DNA of 64,000 nucleotides from an uncultured delta proteobacterium (GCA_963728565.1 CAVSLC010000003.1:1-64000), one strand, 5' to 3'; positions 1 to 9,712 are shown, numbered from the stretch's first letter. The notes: a model not told the origin generated them from the sequence alone. Made by a program: numbers and translations.

Positions 1-435
1 GGCGGCGGGAAATCCGATCCGACCCATGCCGGTGTCAATTTTTAGATGAACGTCGAGACTTCGACCACGTTGGGCAACGGCCGCATCTAGGCGCTGCAGA
101 GCGTCGGCATCGTGCACCACCGGCATCAGATGGTGCTCGAAGAACAACTCGAGCTGGTCGAGATAAACACCGGTGAGCACAAGGATCGGGGCAGTGATGC
201 CATGGCGTCGCAGCTCGATGGCTTCTTCAAAGATGGCAACGCCGAAAGCGTCACTACCCTCAGCCGCAAGAGTTCTGGCCACGGCGGACGCACCGTGGCC
301 GTAACCATTGGCTTTGACCATCGAAAGAATCTTTACCTGGGAACCGAGTATTGAGCGTATTTGGCCAAAATTCCAGCGCAGCGCTTCGTGATCGATGTAG
401 CAAACACTTGGGCGGCCCAGATGGGTGCTAAACAT
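1..435 (-). CDS. alr: Alanine racemase (N-terminal part; runs off the window edge)
   Basis: Manual minus-strand translation from ATG 435: MFSTHLGRPSVCYID...ILSMVKANGYGHGA...DVHLKIDTGMGRIGF. Contains the PLP-lysine motif VKANxYGHG and the KIDTGMGRIG motif. Not in the ORF track because it is truncated. Confidence 0.93.
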   Translation of the reverse strand, partial: MFSTHLGRPSVCYIDHEALRWNFGQIRSILGSQVKILSMVKANGYGHGASAVARTLAAEGSDAFGVAIFEEAIELRRHGITAPILVLTGVYLDQLELFFEHHLMPVVHDADALQRLDAAVAQRGRSLDVHLKIDTGMGRIGFPAA

Positions 436-450
436 TGTCGACGCTCGTCG

Positions 451-771
451 TCAAGAAACCTTCGAGCCCGGCTGAACAGGTTTCTCCGGGGTCAGGAAAA
501 TGACTCGCCCTTCGTCGGAGGCCGCCAGCAGCATCCCTTGACTCTCCAAGCCGCGAAGCTTGGCGGTCTCCAGATTCGCAACCACAACAATTTGCCTGCC
601 GACGAGGTCTTCCGGTGTGTAGTGATCGCGAATGCCGGCGCAAATCTGCCGCTGTTCCGCGCCGAGATCGACCTGAAGCACCATTAGTTTGTCTGCGTTG
701 GGATGCGGTTCGGCGCTTTTAACTGTAGCCACCTTGAGTTCAATTTGTCTAAATGCGTCTATCGAGATCAT
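451..771 (-). CDS. Stand-alone tRNA-binding OB-fold protein (MetRS C-terminal domain / Trbp111 / CsaA-like)
   Basis: MISIDAFRQIELKVATV..AEPHPNADKL..RQICAGI..VVANL..AKLRGLESQGMLLAA; GGAGGT RBS before ATG 771. Confidence 0.9.
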   Translation of the reverse strand: MISIDAFRQIELKVATVKSAEPHPNADKLMVLQVDLGAEQRQICAGIRDHYTPEDLVGRQIVVVANLETAKLRGLESQGMLLAASDEGRVIFLTPEKPVQPGSKVS

Positions 772-948
772 CCGCACCTCCATCGGACCGGACACTAGGA
801 TAACAGAACAGTGCAGTCAAAAAAAGAAAGATCGATGAACCGGCGAAGTCATTGCTAGTATTATTGTGAGATAGACGGGGTGCTTTCATTCCGCGATGTC
901 ACGGGCGATGCGCTTCAACCAGGAAGGATACAGCCGGCTGACAGTTGC

Positions 949-977
949 TTGACAATTAAAATGGGCGTTACTATCAG
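949..977 (+). promoter_or_regulatory. Putative sigma70 promoter of rubrerythrin
   Basis: TTGACA-17 nt-TATCAG upstream of a GGAGG RBS; the -10 element is imperfect. Confidence 0.45.
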
Positions 978-1007
978 TAATCGCCTTGATCAAAGGGAGG
1001 AATTTTG

Positions 1008-1433
1008 ATGGGCAAAAGTTTAGCCGGGAGCAAGAGTCACCAAAACCTCAAGGAAGCGTTTGCCGGCGAATCCCAAGCCAATCGTCGCTATCTCTATTTC
1101 GCGCGAATAGCTGATATTGAAGGCTACCCTGATATTGGAGGACTTTTCCGGGACACCTCAGAGGCGGAAACCGGACATGCCTTCGGCCATCTCGATTTTC
1201 TCAAGGAGGTTGGCGATCCGTGCACCGGAGTGCCTATCGGAAACACCGAGAAAAACCTGAAATCGGCTATCGAAGGTGAAACCTTCGAATATACCGAGAT
1301 GTATCCGGGTTTTGCGAAGACTGCCCGCGATGAAGGCTTCCTCGAGCTGGCGGAATGGTTTGAAACTTTGGCGAAGGCAGAGAAATCTCACGCCGGACGA
1401 TTCAACAAGGGACTGGACGGACTTGGTAGTTGA
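1008..1433 (+). CDS. Rubrerythrin (short form, no rubredoxin domain)
   Basis: [46 protein letters not shown] di-iron motifs. Confidence 0.93.
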   Translation: MGKSLAGSKSHQNLKEAFAGESQANRRYLYFARIADIEGYPDIGGLFRDTSEAETGHAFGHLDFLKEVGDPCTGVPIGNTEKNLKSAIEGETFEYTEMYPGFAKTARDEGFLELAEWFETLAKAEKSHAGRFNKGLDGLGS

Positions 1434-1516
1434 ATTCTCCGCCGCATCTTGTCGGGTACCCATGGGTATCGTCGCTGCATCGCAAGCTTCCGCTCAGGTG
1501 TTAATCGGGAAGACAG

Positions 1517-2092
1517 ATGAGAAAAGTCGCTATTGATGACATTGTCGGTCTTGCCGGTTATGAAAAGATACGGCAGGATTTTCGCCGGCGAATTATCGAA
1601 CTCAAACAAAAAAGGCGGATCTCACTGGGCGACAGGGTGTCTCTAGTTTTTGAGAATCGTGATACGATTATTTTTCAGATACAAGAAATGTTGCGAGTCG
1701 AGAGAATTAACGATTTGGACAAGATTCGCCGGGAGATTGCCACCTACAATCAGCTAATCCCTGACTCAAGAGAACTAAGCGCGACGCTCTTTCTCGAAAT
1801 CGAGAACCCAACTCACCTGCGCGAGGAACTGCTCGAGTTTCAGGGTGTCGAGGAAGCGCTCACCTTGCGCATCGCTCCGCATCGGCTGCCGGCGCGTTTT
1901 GAACCAGGTCGAAGCAAAGAAGACAAAATCAGCGCGGTACAGTACGTTCGATTCCATTTTGATGATCAGGCGCTTGAAACTTTCGTTTCCGGCGGCAGAA
2001 CCGAGCTGGTCATCGATCATCGAAACTACCAAGCGGCGGTTGTGCTGCAGCCGGAAACCCAGAGATCTCTCGTCGAGGATTTGACCACGTAG
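1517..2092 (+). CDS. DUF3501 family protein
   Basis: LVFENRDTIIFQIQEMLRVER..YNQLIP..LSATLFLEI..KISAVQYVRF; this family is a usual rubrerythrin neighbour. Confidence 0.85.
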   Translation: MRKVAIDDIVGLAGYEKIRQDFRRRIIELKQKRRISLGDRVSLVFENRDTIIFQIQEMLRVERINDLDKIRREIATYNQLIPDSRELSATLFLEIENPTHLREELLEFQGVEEALTLRIAPHRLPARFEPGRSKEDKISAVQYVRFHFDDQALETFVSGGRTELVIDHRNYQAAVVLQPETQRSLVEDLTT

Positions 2093-2235
2093 ATGTCAGA
2101 GGCATAAATCAGCTGTGATCGAATCTGCCGCTCGCTCTACCCGGCCTGCTTTTCTGGTTATGCGCTTGTAACGCGCTAGGCGCAGCGTTAGAGTGTGCCC
2201 GCTCGATCTGCACCGCGCCTTTATCGGGAGGGGCC

Positions 2236-3051
2236 ATGAAACGCCGTGGCTTTGTCGCTCTACTCATCGCGTTGATTTTTGATCCGCTTCGCAGTGTCGC
2301 ACTGGCGCTTTGTAACCCAGCACTGGTACGTTTGCAGAAACAAGGGCGTAACCTGGTTCAGGTCCGTCCCGGCAAGAGCCCTCAGCTGGGTCACTACTTT
2401 ATTCAGTGGTACGGCCATTCAAGCTTCTTGATTCACTCCGGCAGCCAAACCAAAGTTGTCGCGGATCCAAACTTCAACGTGACTCCGGGGATCCAAGCGG
2501 ACGCCGTGACCGTCAGCAACGACCATTTCACCCATAACAACACCGGTGCTGTCACCGGTGATCCGGTGATACTGCGCGGCATTACGTTTCGGCAGACTTG
2601 GAACCCGATCCGGACCAGCGTCAAAGACATCAGCATCGTCAATATTCCAAGCCAGCGGGGGCAGAGTTGGGGAGGGGCGGCAAACTCGATTTTTATCTAT
2701 GAGATGGGAAGTCTGTGCCTGGCTCATCTAGGCAACATTGGTCATCTTCTCACTGCTGAGCAGGAGCAGGCGCTGCAGCGGGTCGATGTCATGATGGTGC
2801 CTATCGATGCGATGACCAACTTGGGATTCGACGACATTGTAAAGGTCATCGAGCAGGTGAAGCCGCCCATCGTGATTCCGATGCATTTCGATGTTGTCAG
2901 GCAGGGAGAGCTATTTGCCGGTTTTGCCAAAGAGCATTACCCGGTGAAAAGATTCTCCGAGTCGCAATTGATCTTGAACCGAGCGATGCTCCCCAAATCC
3001 ACCGAAGTATTCGTTCTGGCGCACCCGCGTGCGGTGTCGTTAGGTGAGTAA
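2236..3051 (+). CDS. MBL-fold metallo-hydrolase-like protein with Tat-like signal
   Basis: IQWYGHSSFLI..VADP..PPIVIPMHF; N-terminal KRRGFV; metal motif is degenerate. Confidence 0.8.
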   Translation: MKRRGFVALLIALIFDPLRSVALALCNPALVRLQKQGRNLVQVRPGKSPQLGHYFIQWYGHSSFLIHSGSQTKVVADPNFNVTPGIQADAVTVSNDHFTHNNTGAVTGDPVILRGITFRQTWNPIRTSVKDISIVNIPSQRGQSWGGAANSIFIYEMGSLCLAHLGNIGHLLTAEQEQALQRVDVMMVPIDAMTNLGFDDIVKVIEQVKPPIVIPMHFDVVRQGELFAGFAKEHYPVKRFSESQLILNRAMLPKSTEVFVLAHPRAVSLGE

Positions 3052-3149
3052 TCGCGCATGGAAGAAACATTTTTCCGAGACTTTCCGGCCGTTTGCTGTT
3101 TGCAGGGCGGTTACCTATACTCATGCGTGATTTGCGAGGCTGAAGTCCA

Positions 3150-3512
3150 TTGAACAAAAAAGAAGTTGAATTTTTCCGTGACTTGCTGAACCAGAGGATG
3201 CAGGAACTTAGGTCGGAGGCCGGCAAGACGGTTGACGACATGGACGAGGACGAAAACTTTCCCGATCCAAGCGATCGCGCTTCCATGGAATCCAATCGAA
3301 ATTCGATTCTAAGAATACGCGATCGCGAGCGAAAGCTGATTTTCAAGATTCAGGAGGCTTTGCAACGACTGGAAGCCGGCGAATTCGGCATCTGTGAAGA
3401 GTGCGGCGAAAAGATCGGTATTGAACGGCTCAAGGCTCGACCGGTGACGACCCTCTGTATCGATTGCAAGGCCAACCAAGAAATTGCCGAGAGAAAAGCT
3501 AAACGGATGTGA
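3150..3512 (+). CDS. dksA: RNA polymerase-binding protein DksA
   Basis: FPDPSDRA (DxxDxA), RIRDRERKLIFKI, C4 zinc finger CEEC..RLKARPVTTLCIDC. Confidence 0.95.
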   Translation: MNKKEVEFFRDLLNQRMQELRSEAGKTVDDMDEDENFPDPSDRASMESNRNSILRIRDRERKLIFKIQEALQRLEAGEFGICEECGEKIGIERLKARPVTTLCIDCKANQEIAERKAKRM

Positions 3513-3529
3513 AATTGATTCGCTAAACT

Positions 3530-4393
3530 ATGAAAATTAGAAAAGCAGTTATCCCCGTAGCCGGCTTGGGCACGCGCTTTTTACCGGCAACGAAAACCGT
3601 GCCCAAGGAACTTTTGCCGATCATAGACATTCCTTCGATCCAGTACGTGGTTCAGGAAGCAGTTGATGCCGGCATCCAAGAAATCATCTTTGTAACCGGC
3701 CGCGGCAAGGATGGCATCGAGGATCATTTTGACGAGGCGCCGGAGTTGGAGCAGATCCTCGCGGACCGCGGCCAGACGGCAACCGTCGATATGCTTCGAC
3801 GGATCGCTGAGATGACCGAGGTCGTTTCAGTCCGGCAAAAGAAACCACTGGGCTTGGGACATGCGGTGCTTTGCGCGCGCGACCTGGTCGGAGACGAGCC
3901 TTTCGCGGTCATGCTCGCCGATGATCTTATCGATGCCGAGACCCCCGGCATCCGGCAACTGGTCGAGATCTTCACCGAAACCGAAGAGTCGGTCGTCGCC
4001 CTGATGAAAGTTCCGCTCGAGGAAGTTCATCAGTACGGCGTCATCAAAGGTAAAGAGGTGAAGCCTCGCCTCTATGCGGTCGAGGGCACTGTGGAAAAAC
4101 CTGCCGCAAAAGAGGCGCCTTCCCAGTTGGCGATCATCGGCCGTTACGTGCTGCGCCCGGAGATTTTTTCTATCCTGCAGACTCTTCCACCGGGACGAGG
4201 CGGCGAAATTCAGCTTACCGACGGATTAGCCCGACTGGTTCAGCAGCGAAAAATCTTTGGTTGTGAGTTTACCGGAGATCGATACGATATCGGCGACAAG
4301 TTCGGCTTTGTTCGAGCGACCGTGGCCTATGCGTTGAAACGAAAAGACCTAAAGGATAAATTAGTCGAGTATTTGAAATCATTAAAAGACTAA
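3530..4393 (+). CDS. galU: UTP-glucose-1-phosphate uridylyltransferase
   Basis: KAVIPVAGLGTRFLPATK..PKE, PLGLGHAVL, VEKP, GEIQLTD. Confidence 0.96.
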   Translation: MKIRKAVIPVAGLGTRFLPATKTVPKELLPIIDIPSIQYVVQEAVDAGIQEIIFVTGRGKDGIEDHFDEAPELEQILADRGQTATVDMLRRIAEMTEVVSVRQKKPLGLGHAVLCARDLVGDEPFAVMLADDLIDAETPGIRQLVEIFTETEESVVALMKVPLEEVHQYGVIKGKEVKPRLYAVEGTVEKPAAKEAPSQLAIIGRYVLRPEIFSILQTLPPGRGGEIQLTDGLARLVQQRKIFGCEFTGDRYDIGDKFGFVRATVAYALKRKDLKDKLVEYLKSLKD

Positions 4394-4396
4394 TCT

Positions 4397-4472
<76 letters not shown>

Positions 4473-4478
4473 ATACGC

Positions 4479-4511
4479 AAAAAGGGCGGGTAATCACCCG
4501 CCCTTTTTTTT
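4479..4511. terminator. Bidirectional intrinsic terminator
   Basis: AAAAA-GGGCGGGT-AATC-ACCCGCCC-TTTTTTTT between tRNA-Ala and a convergent operon. Confidence 0.9.
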
Positions 4512-4587
4512 GGTGCATTTCGTATATGATGAGCGGCCTAAGCGCGCGAAAGGTGAAATGTTCTTACCGAAGGAGCCGCTCGCGCGG

Positions 4588-4797
4588 CTAATGCTTGGCG
4601 GCGGCCTTTTCTTCCTTGATTAAATCATGGATCATGCGCGGCACGCCGCCGCAGCTGAAGCAGCGGGGGAGCTGGTAATTGGTTTCGCCTTCCGGGTAAC
4701 GCATGAATCGCTTGTAGAAGGGCTTTTCAGTGCCCACATAGTCGTCGTAGTAAAAGGCCAGTTTGCCGCACTCGCTGCATTGTAAATACTTTGCCAT
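4588..4797 (-). CDS. Small zinc-ribbon/rubredoxin-like protein (69 aa)
   Basis: CSECG...CFSCG; lies 17 bp downstream of the dioxygenase stop on the same strand. Confidence 0.7.
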   Translation of the reverse strand: MAKYLQCSECGKLAFYYDDYVGTEKPFYKRFMRYPEGETNYQLPRCFSCGGVPRMIHDLIKEEKAAAKH

Positions 4798-4814
4798 GCC
4801 GAATCCTAATGCTC

Positions 4815-5897
4815 CTAACCGCCGAATCTCCGGGAAACTTCTTGGCGGCCGCCGTTCTCGCGATAAGCTTCCTCTCTGTAAAGGCCGAGGGCTTGCATCA
4901 CAGGTGTGTCCTGCACCGAGAACAGAATCAGCTCATCTTCGCTCTCGTTGGCGAATTCATGCCATGCCCACGGTGGCACAACAAAGAAATCGCCCCGTTC
5001 CCAGTCAAAGCGTTGGCCATTGATGACCGCATGGCCGCGCCCTTCAAAGACGTGATACACCGCGCTATTAACTTGGCGATGCGCTTGGGTATGAACGCCC
5101 GGCCTAATAAGCTGAACACAACAATTCATGGTCGGCAGGGTCGGCCCGCCGGTGCTAGGGTTTAAGTATTCGAAGCAGACGTCATCGAACGGACTGGCTG
5201 GACCTTCGCCGATACGTTTAAGGGCCTCGTAAGTTGGTTCCCATTTGTAGTTCAATAGTGGAGAACGGGTTGCAGGCGGACTCTCCCAGGTGGGTCTTAA
5301 ATGGGCGCCGCCATATTTCTGCTCCGATCCGTTCACCTGGGTAACCGGATGCCTGTGCTGCGGGTAAGGCTCGAAGAAGATGCCGTCCAAGTCGTTGACC
5401 AAAGGAAGATCGAGACCATCCATCCAGATCATCGCTTGATCAGATTCATTGCCGTGATCGTGCCAGCTCCAGTTGGGAGTCAGGACCAAATCGCCACGGC
5501 TCATGACACACTTGTCGCCATCGACATTGGTGAACGAGCGACTGCCCTCGATGATAAAGCGAATTGCCGATGCCGAATGACGATGGCACGGCGCAATTTC
5601 TCCCGGAAGCACAATCTGCACCGCTCCCCACAATGTATGCGTGGCGGCATACTTACCTTCCAAGCCGGGGTTCACGAAAGCCAACACCCGCCTCTCTCCG
5701 CCGCGCTCGATCGGCACAAGGTCGCCTGCGCGGTAGGCCATCCGCCGCAGATCGGACCACTTCCAAAGATAAGGCAGGACCTTGGTTTGCGGTTCCGGCG
5801 ATAACAATTTGGCCGTTACCCTCCACAGCGGTATAAGATGTGCGGCCTCCGCTTCCTGGTAAAAACTTTCTATTTGATCTGGCTCAGCGGCACTCAT
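4815..5897 (-). CDS. Gentisate 1,2-dioxygenase family bicupin
   Basis: ERRVLAFVNPG, PGEIAPCHRHSASAIRF, GDLVLTPNWSWHDH, WMDGLDLP, second cupin GDFFVVPPWAWHE. Confidence 0.88.
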   Translation of the reverse strand: MSAAEPDQIESFYQEAEAAHLIPLWRVTAKLLSPEPQTKVLPYLWKWSDLRRMAYRAGDLVPIERGGERRVLAFVNPGLEGKYAATHTLWGAVQIVLPGEIAPCHRHSASAIRFIIEGSRSFTNVDGDKCVMSRGDLVLTPNWSWHDHGNESDQAMIWMDGLDLPLVNDLDGIFFEPYPQHRHPVTQVNGSEQKYGGAHLRPTWESPPATRSPLLNYKWEPTYEALKRIGEGPASPFDDVCFEYLNPSTGGPTLPTMNCCVQLIRPGVHTQAHRQVNSAVYHVFEGRGHAVINGQRFDWERGDFFVVPPWAWHEFANESEDELILFSVQDTPVMQALGLYREEAYRENGGRQEVSRRFGG

Positions 5898-6076
5898 AGA
5901 GCCCCCTCTTTACATGTTGGGAAGAATACTCATGAATACTCCACAGGTCAATGACTGCAACGGGACGCGGTCGAATCTGTTGCACGGCTTCTAAAAGGCC
6001 TTTAGAATCGATTTCGGTTTCCATCAGCAGTCTAAACGGGTTACAACCCGACTACTTATTGAAGGGAGAATAGATT

Positions 6077-6676
6077 ATGGCGGTGAGGCTTTTTCAATCA
6101 CAGACTTCGATGTTTTGCGAAAAGGTGCGTGTTGTTTTTGCGATGAAGAATGTCCCGTATGAGATTGTCGATGTGCGCAAGGATGATCGCAAGTCGCTCA
6201 TCGAGTATACCGGTCAACGGAAAGTTCCATCGCTAGACTATGACGGTCAATGTGTGATCGATTCGACGATCATTTCCGCTTTATTAGAAGACAAGCATCC
6301 GGCGGCGAGTATTTATCCGGAGGGAGCGGCAAACAAGGGCCTTTGTCTTGCGCTTGAAGACTGGTCGGATGAAGTTCTGATCCATGCCAACCATGCGATT
6401 CGCCGGGCCGAAACAGCGGAGGCTCGCAAGAAAGCCGAAGACGAATGGGCAGGCCATTTCAGGACCTTGGATCTAATGTATTCCGGGAAGAAGTTTATCT
6501 TTGATCGGATGACCATCGCCGACATCGCGATTTTCTCGCAGCTCCATTATCTCTATACCACCGTCAAATTCGAGATCCCGGCAAGTTATAAGAACGTTCA
6601 CGCGTTCCTGGAAAACATGCGGCAGACACTAAAACTCAATACATTGACAGACAGCTTCGAAGCTAAGTCGCTATAG
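6077..6676 (+). CDS. Glutathione S-transferase family protein
   Basis: SMFCEKVR, QRKVP, DST and TIADIA motifs. Confidence 0.85.
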   Translation: MAVRLFQSQTSMFCEKVRVVFAMKNVPYEIVDVRKDDRKSLIEYTGQRKVPSLDYDGQCVIDSTIISALLEDKHPAASIYPEGAANKGLCLALEDWSDEVLIHANHAIRRAETAEARKKAEDEWAGHFRTLDLMYSGKKFIFDRMTIADIAIFSQLHYLYTTVKFEIPASYKNVHAFLENMRQTLKLNTLTDSFEAKSL

Positions 6677-6719
6677 GGTAGCGGAGCAAAAGGTCATACC
6701 CGCCTTCTCAGGAAGGAAA

Positions 6720-6756
6720 TGCTGCGCTGCTGAACGAATTTGCAAGCAGCGCAGCA
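6720..6756. repeat. Perfect 12-bp inverted repeat (hairpin)
   Basis: TGCTGCGCTGCT-13 nt-AGCAGCGCAGCA downstream of the GST gene; no U-tract. Confidence 0.7.
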
Positions 6757-7026
6757 ACCCGTAAGTCCATCGAGATCATGTTAAAGTTAAGCGCAGCGAT
6801 GATAATCTCCTGATTTCGAGAAATCAGCGGAGGGAAGCCGATAATAAAATCTTGCTCGGTTGTTGCCGCCATCGAGCGGTCCGAATCGAGTCCATGGCTT
6901 ATACCATTCACGTTCGATCTGTTTTCTCCCTTAGCTGATGCGCTCACCAGGCACTCCGTCCTGGCGGGCGCGTCGCTTGCAAAGCTTGAATCCTCAACTA
7001 TTCCCGACCCGCACGTTGACATCTGA

Positions 7027-8811
7027 ATGATTGATGAGCGCTCTTCGGCCCTCCTTTTCAAAAGCTGCTTAGCCGGTTGTGTTCTGGGAACGGCTGCAAC
7101 CCTTTACTTTCTGCTGGGCCTCGCCGGCTATGTGCACAACCCTTTGCTCAACCTTGCCGTGGTATCGGTTCTCGCCGCCTGCGCGCTATTTTTTTTAAGC
7201 GAATTTTTTTCAATTCCGATCAAAGCGAACCGGCTAGAGAGATCAATTTGGGTTGCAATCCTGGTCTTCCTCGGCGCCGAGATCGTTCTTGGCTTTCTGC
7301 CACCGACGGCGCGGGATGAGCTAACCCATCATCTCGCCATACCAAAACTCTATGCTCGCGCGGGACGAATCATCGAGGTGCCGATGGCGCCGTACGCCTA
7401 CTATCCGATGCTCCTCGATATGCTCTATACGCCGTTTATTTACTGGGGCTACGATTTTATTGCCACACACACTCACGCGCTCTTCGGTTTTCTTACCGGC
7501 TTATTGATCTACGCGTATCTAACGCGGCGCCTCAGCCGGGTGTACGGGTTGCTGGGCTTTTTCTTTTTCATCTCGACCCCTGCCATCTTGCGTTTGAGCC
7601 ACTGGGCTTACATCGATCTCGGAATCACCTTCTATGCCACTGCGGCCCTTTTGGGCTTGCTGCGCTGGTGTGAGGAACGGGAGGCGCGGCATTGGTTGTT
7701 GCTTGCCGGCTTATCGCTCGGTTTTGCGCTGGCGACAAAACCCAACGGGTTACTTGCCGCTCTGTTGTTGGGGCTGGTGTTTGTGCTGGTAATTGGAGGA
7801 GGTCCCAGGAAGGCCTTAAGCGGACTGGTTTCCGACCTCGCGCTATTCGCCGGGTTTACGCTCTTGCCGTTTACGCCCTGGTTGATGAAAAACTGGCATC
7901 AGACCGGCAATCCCTTTTATCCCATGTTGGGCAACTTTTTTTCGGCGAGAAGCGCACCGGTTATCGATGCCGCAAGCTTCGTTACCTTTGGGGTCTTCGA
8001 AAAAAGACACCTACTATACGGGGAAAATGTCTGGCAGATTCTCGGTTTGCCGCTGCGGGTTTTTATCTCTGGTCAGGACGACAACCCCCAGTACTTTGAC
8101 GGCGTACTGACACCGGTGCTGTTTTTGTTCCTGCCCTGGGCGTTCAAAGGAAAATGGAGCGACGAAAAAAAGCTCATTGCGTTGTTTGCCTTCGGCTACT
8201 TGGCGTTGGCTTTGTTTCTGATAGACATGCGCATCCGCTACATTCTTGTGATCGTTCCATCGTTGGTCGTATTACTCGTCTATGGGATTTTCAATATGTA
8301 TCTCGGCATCAGGCGACCGGTTTTGCTGTACGCTACGTTGCTTTTTTTCGCCGCCTGGCATGGAACTTATCTGTGGCGTTCTGTGCAGGACAGCCGGCCG
8401 TACAAGTACCTGAGCGGAAGTGAGTCTCGCGATGCGTTCCTCGATCGGGCTCTGCCAGAGTATCCGGCCATGCGGTACGTCAACGACAAAGTTACGAGCA
8501 CGGCTAAGATTTATCTTCTATTTCTCGGCCGCAGGGCGTATTATTGCGAGCGGGATTATTTTCATGACGCCGGCGAGCTCCCCGCCTTTCTTATCGGAGC
8601 CATCCAAAAAGCAAATGACCCAGAAGATATCGGACGAGTCCTCAGTAGCAGGAATCTCACGCACCTGATGCTTCGAGAGGATCTCCTGATGCGCTTTCTA
8701 ACCGACAACCTAACACCGCCTCAAGCCCATTTGTGGAATGATTTCGCGACGACTCGCCTTAGATTAGCTTTCCGTGAGAGAGGTTATGCCGTATACGAAA
8801 TCCGCCTCTAG
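7027..8811 (+). CDS. Multi-pass membrane glycosyltransferase (GT-C, ArnT/PMT-like)
   Basis: Many TM helices; PPTARDELTHHLAIPKLY first-loop acidic motif; KNW..TGNPFYP. Confidence 0.75.
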   Translation: MIDERSSALLFKSCLAGCVLGTAATLYFLLGLAGYVHNPLLNLAVVSVLAACALFFLSEFFSIPIKANRLERSIWVAILVFLGAEIVLGFLPPTARDELTHHLAIPKLYARAGRIIEVPMAPYAYYPMLLDMLYTPFIYWGYDFIATHTHALFGFLTGLLIYAYLTRRLSRVYGLLGFFFFISTPAILRLSHWAYIDLGITFYATAALLGLLRWCEEREARHWLLLAGLSLGFALATKPNGLLAALLLGLVFVLVIGGGPRKALSGLVSDLALFAGFTLLPFTPWLMKNWHQTGNPFYPMLGNFFSARSAPVIDAASFVTFGVFEKRHLLYGENVWQILGLPLRVFISGQDDNPQYFDGVLTPVLFLFLPWAFKGKWSDEKKLIALFAFGYLALALFLIDMRIRYILVIVPSLVVLLVYGIFNMYLGIRRPVLLYATLLFFAAWHGTYLWRSVQDSRPYKYLSGSESRDAFLDRALPEYPAMRYVNDKVTSTAKIYLLFLGRRAYYCERDYFHDAGELPAFLIGAIQKANDPEDIGRVLSSRNLTHLMLREDLLMRFLTDNLTPPQAHLWNDFATTRLRLAFRERGYAVYEIRL

Positions 8812-9712
8812 ATCGTGCGCCGTATCAATCATCATTCCTGTTTTCAATGAAGCGGAGAGCCTACGTGAGCTTTTGGAAGATATCCGCGCTCTGGAAATCG
8901 CCCAGTCTGAAATCCTCGTAGTCGACGATGGTTCGGTTGATGGTAGCGCCGAGGTTGCGTTCAACGCCGGGGCCAATGTAGTGCGACATCCCTACAATAT
9001 CGGCAACGGGGCCGCGGTGAAGAGCGGTATCAGAGCTGCCCAGGGGAGAAGGTTGGTGCTGATGGACGGCGACGGCCAGCACCAACCGGCCGATATTCCG
9101 AAATTGCTCGCGCACTGCGAAGGCTATCACATGATTGTCGGCGAGCGTGCCAAAGGCTCAAAACTGCGATTTCATCGCAATGCGGCCAACCTCTTTTACA
9201 ATCTCTTGGCTTCTTATGTGACCCATTTCAAAGTAAAGGACCTTACCTCCGGTTTCCGGGTTCTGTCGCGCAGCGATGCTTTGCGCTTCATTGACCTCTT
9301 GCCCAATACTTTTTCTTACCCTACGACCTTGACCTTGGCATTTTTGCGCTCTGGGTTGACCATCAAGTATGTGCCGATCCAGTCGCTTTATCGGGCCGGG
9401 CAAAGTAAAATCAGCCTGCTTACCGATGGCATCCGGTTCTTGTTGATCATTACCAAAATAGCCACGCTGTTTTCGCCTTTTCGTATCTTCCTGCCAGTCA
9501 GTATGTTTTTTTTCTTCGCGGGCTTAGCCAATTATGTGTACACGTATTTCACGCAGCACCGTTTCACGAACATGTCTGTTTTCCTGCTGACCACCGCGGT
9601 GATCATTTTTATGCTTGGGCTGGTGTCCGAGCAGATCGCGCTATTAAGGATGGAGCAGAGGGCATCGTGGAGGTCTGAGCATACGGAAGGCGGGCGCGAG
9701 CAGGAGCTATAG
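8786..9712 (+). CDS. GT2 polyprenol-phosphate glycosyltransferase (DPM/GtrB-like)
   Basis: IIIPVFNE, VVDDGSVD, MDGDGQH, DLTSGFR, two C-terminal TM helices. Confidence 0.9.
   Translation: MPYTKSASRSCAVSIIIPVFNEAESLRELLEDIRALEIAQSEILVVDDGSVDGSAEVAFNAGANVVRHPYNIGNGAAVKSGIRAAQGRRLVLMDGDGQHQPADIPKLLAHCEGYHMIVGERAKGSKLRFHRNAANLFYNLLASYVTHFKVKDLTSGFRVLSRSDALRFIDLLPNTFSYPTTLTLAFLRSGLTIKYVPIQSLYRAGQSKISLLTDGIRFLLIITKIATLFSPFRIFLPVSMFFFFAGLANYVYTYFTQHRFTNMSVFLLTTAVIIFMLGLVSEQIALLRMEQRASWRSEHTEGGREQEL

Noticed and set aside
2225-2238. Identical CGGGAGGGGCCATG at two gene starts (also near 24753)
   Set aside because: Just a Shine-Dalgarno plus start codon; too short to imply a repeat element.
6708-7061. 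117-aa minus-strand ORF
   Set aside because: Overlaps the start of the GT-C gene, has no recognisable motif and no clear RBS.
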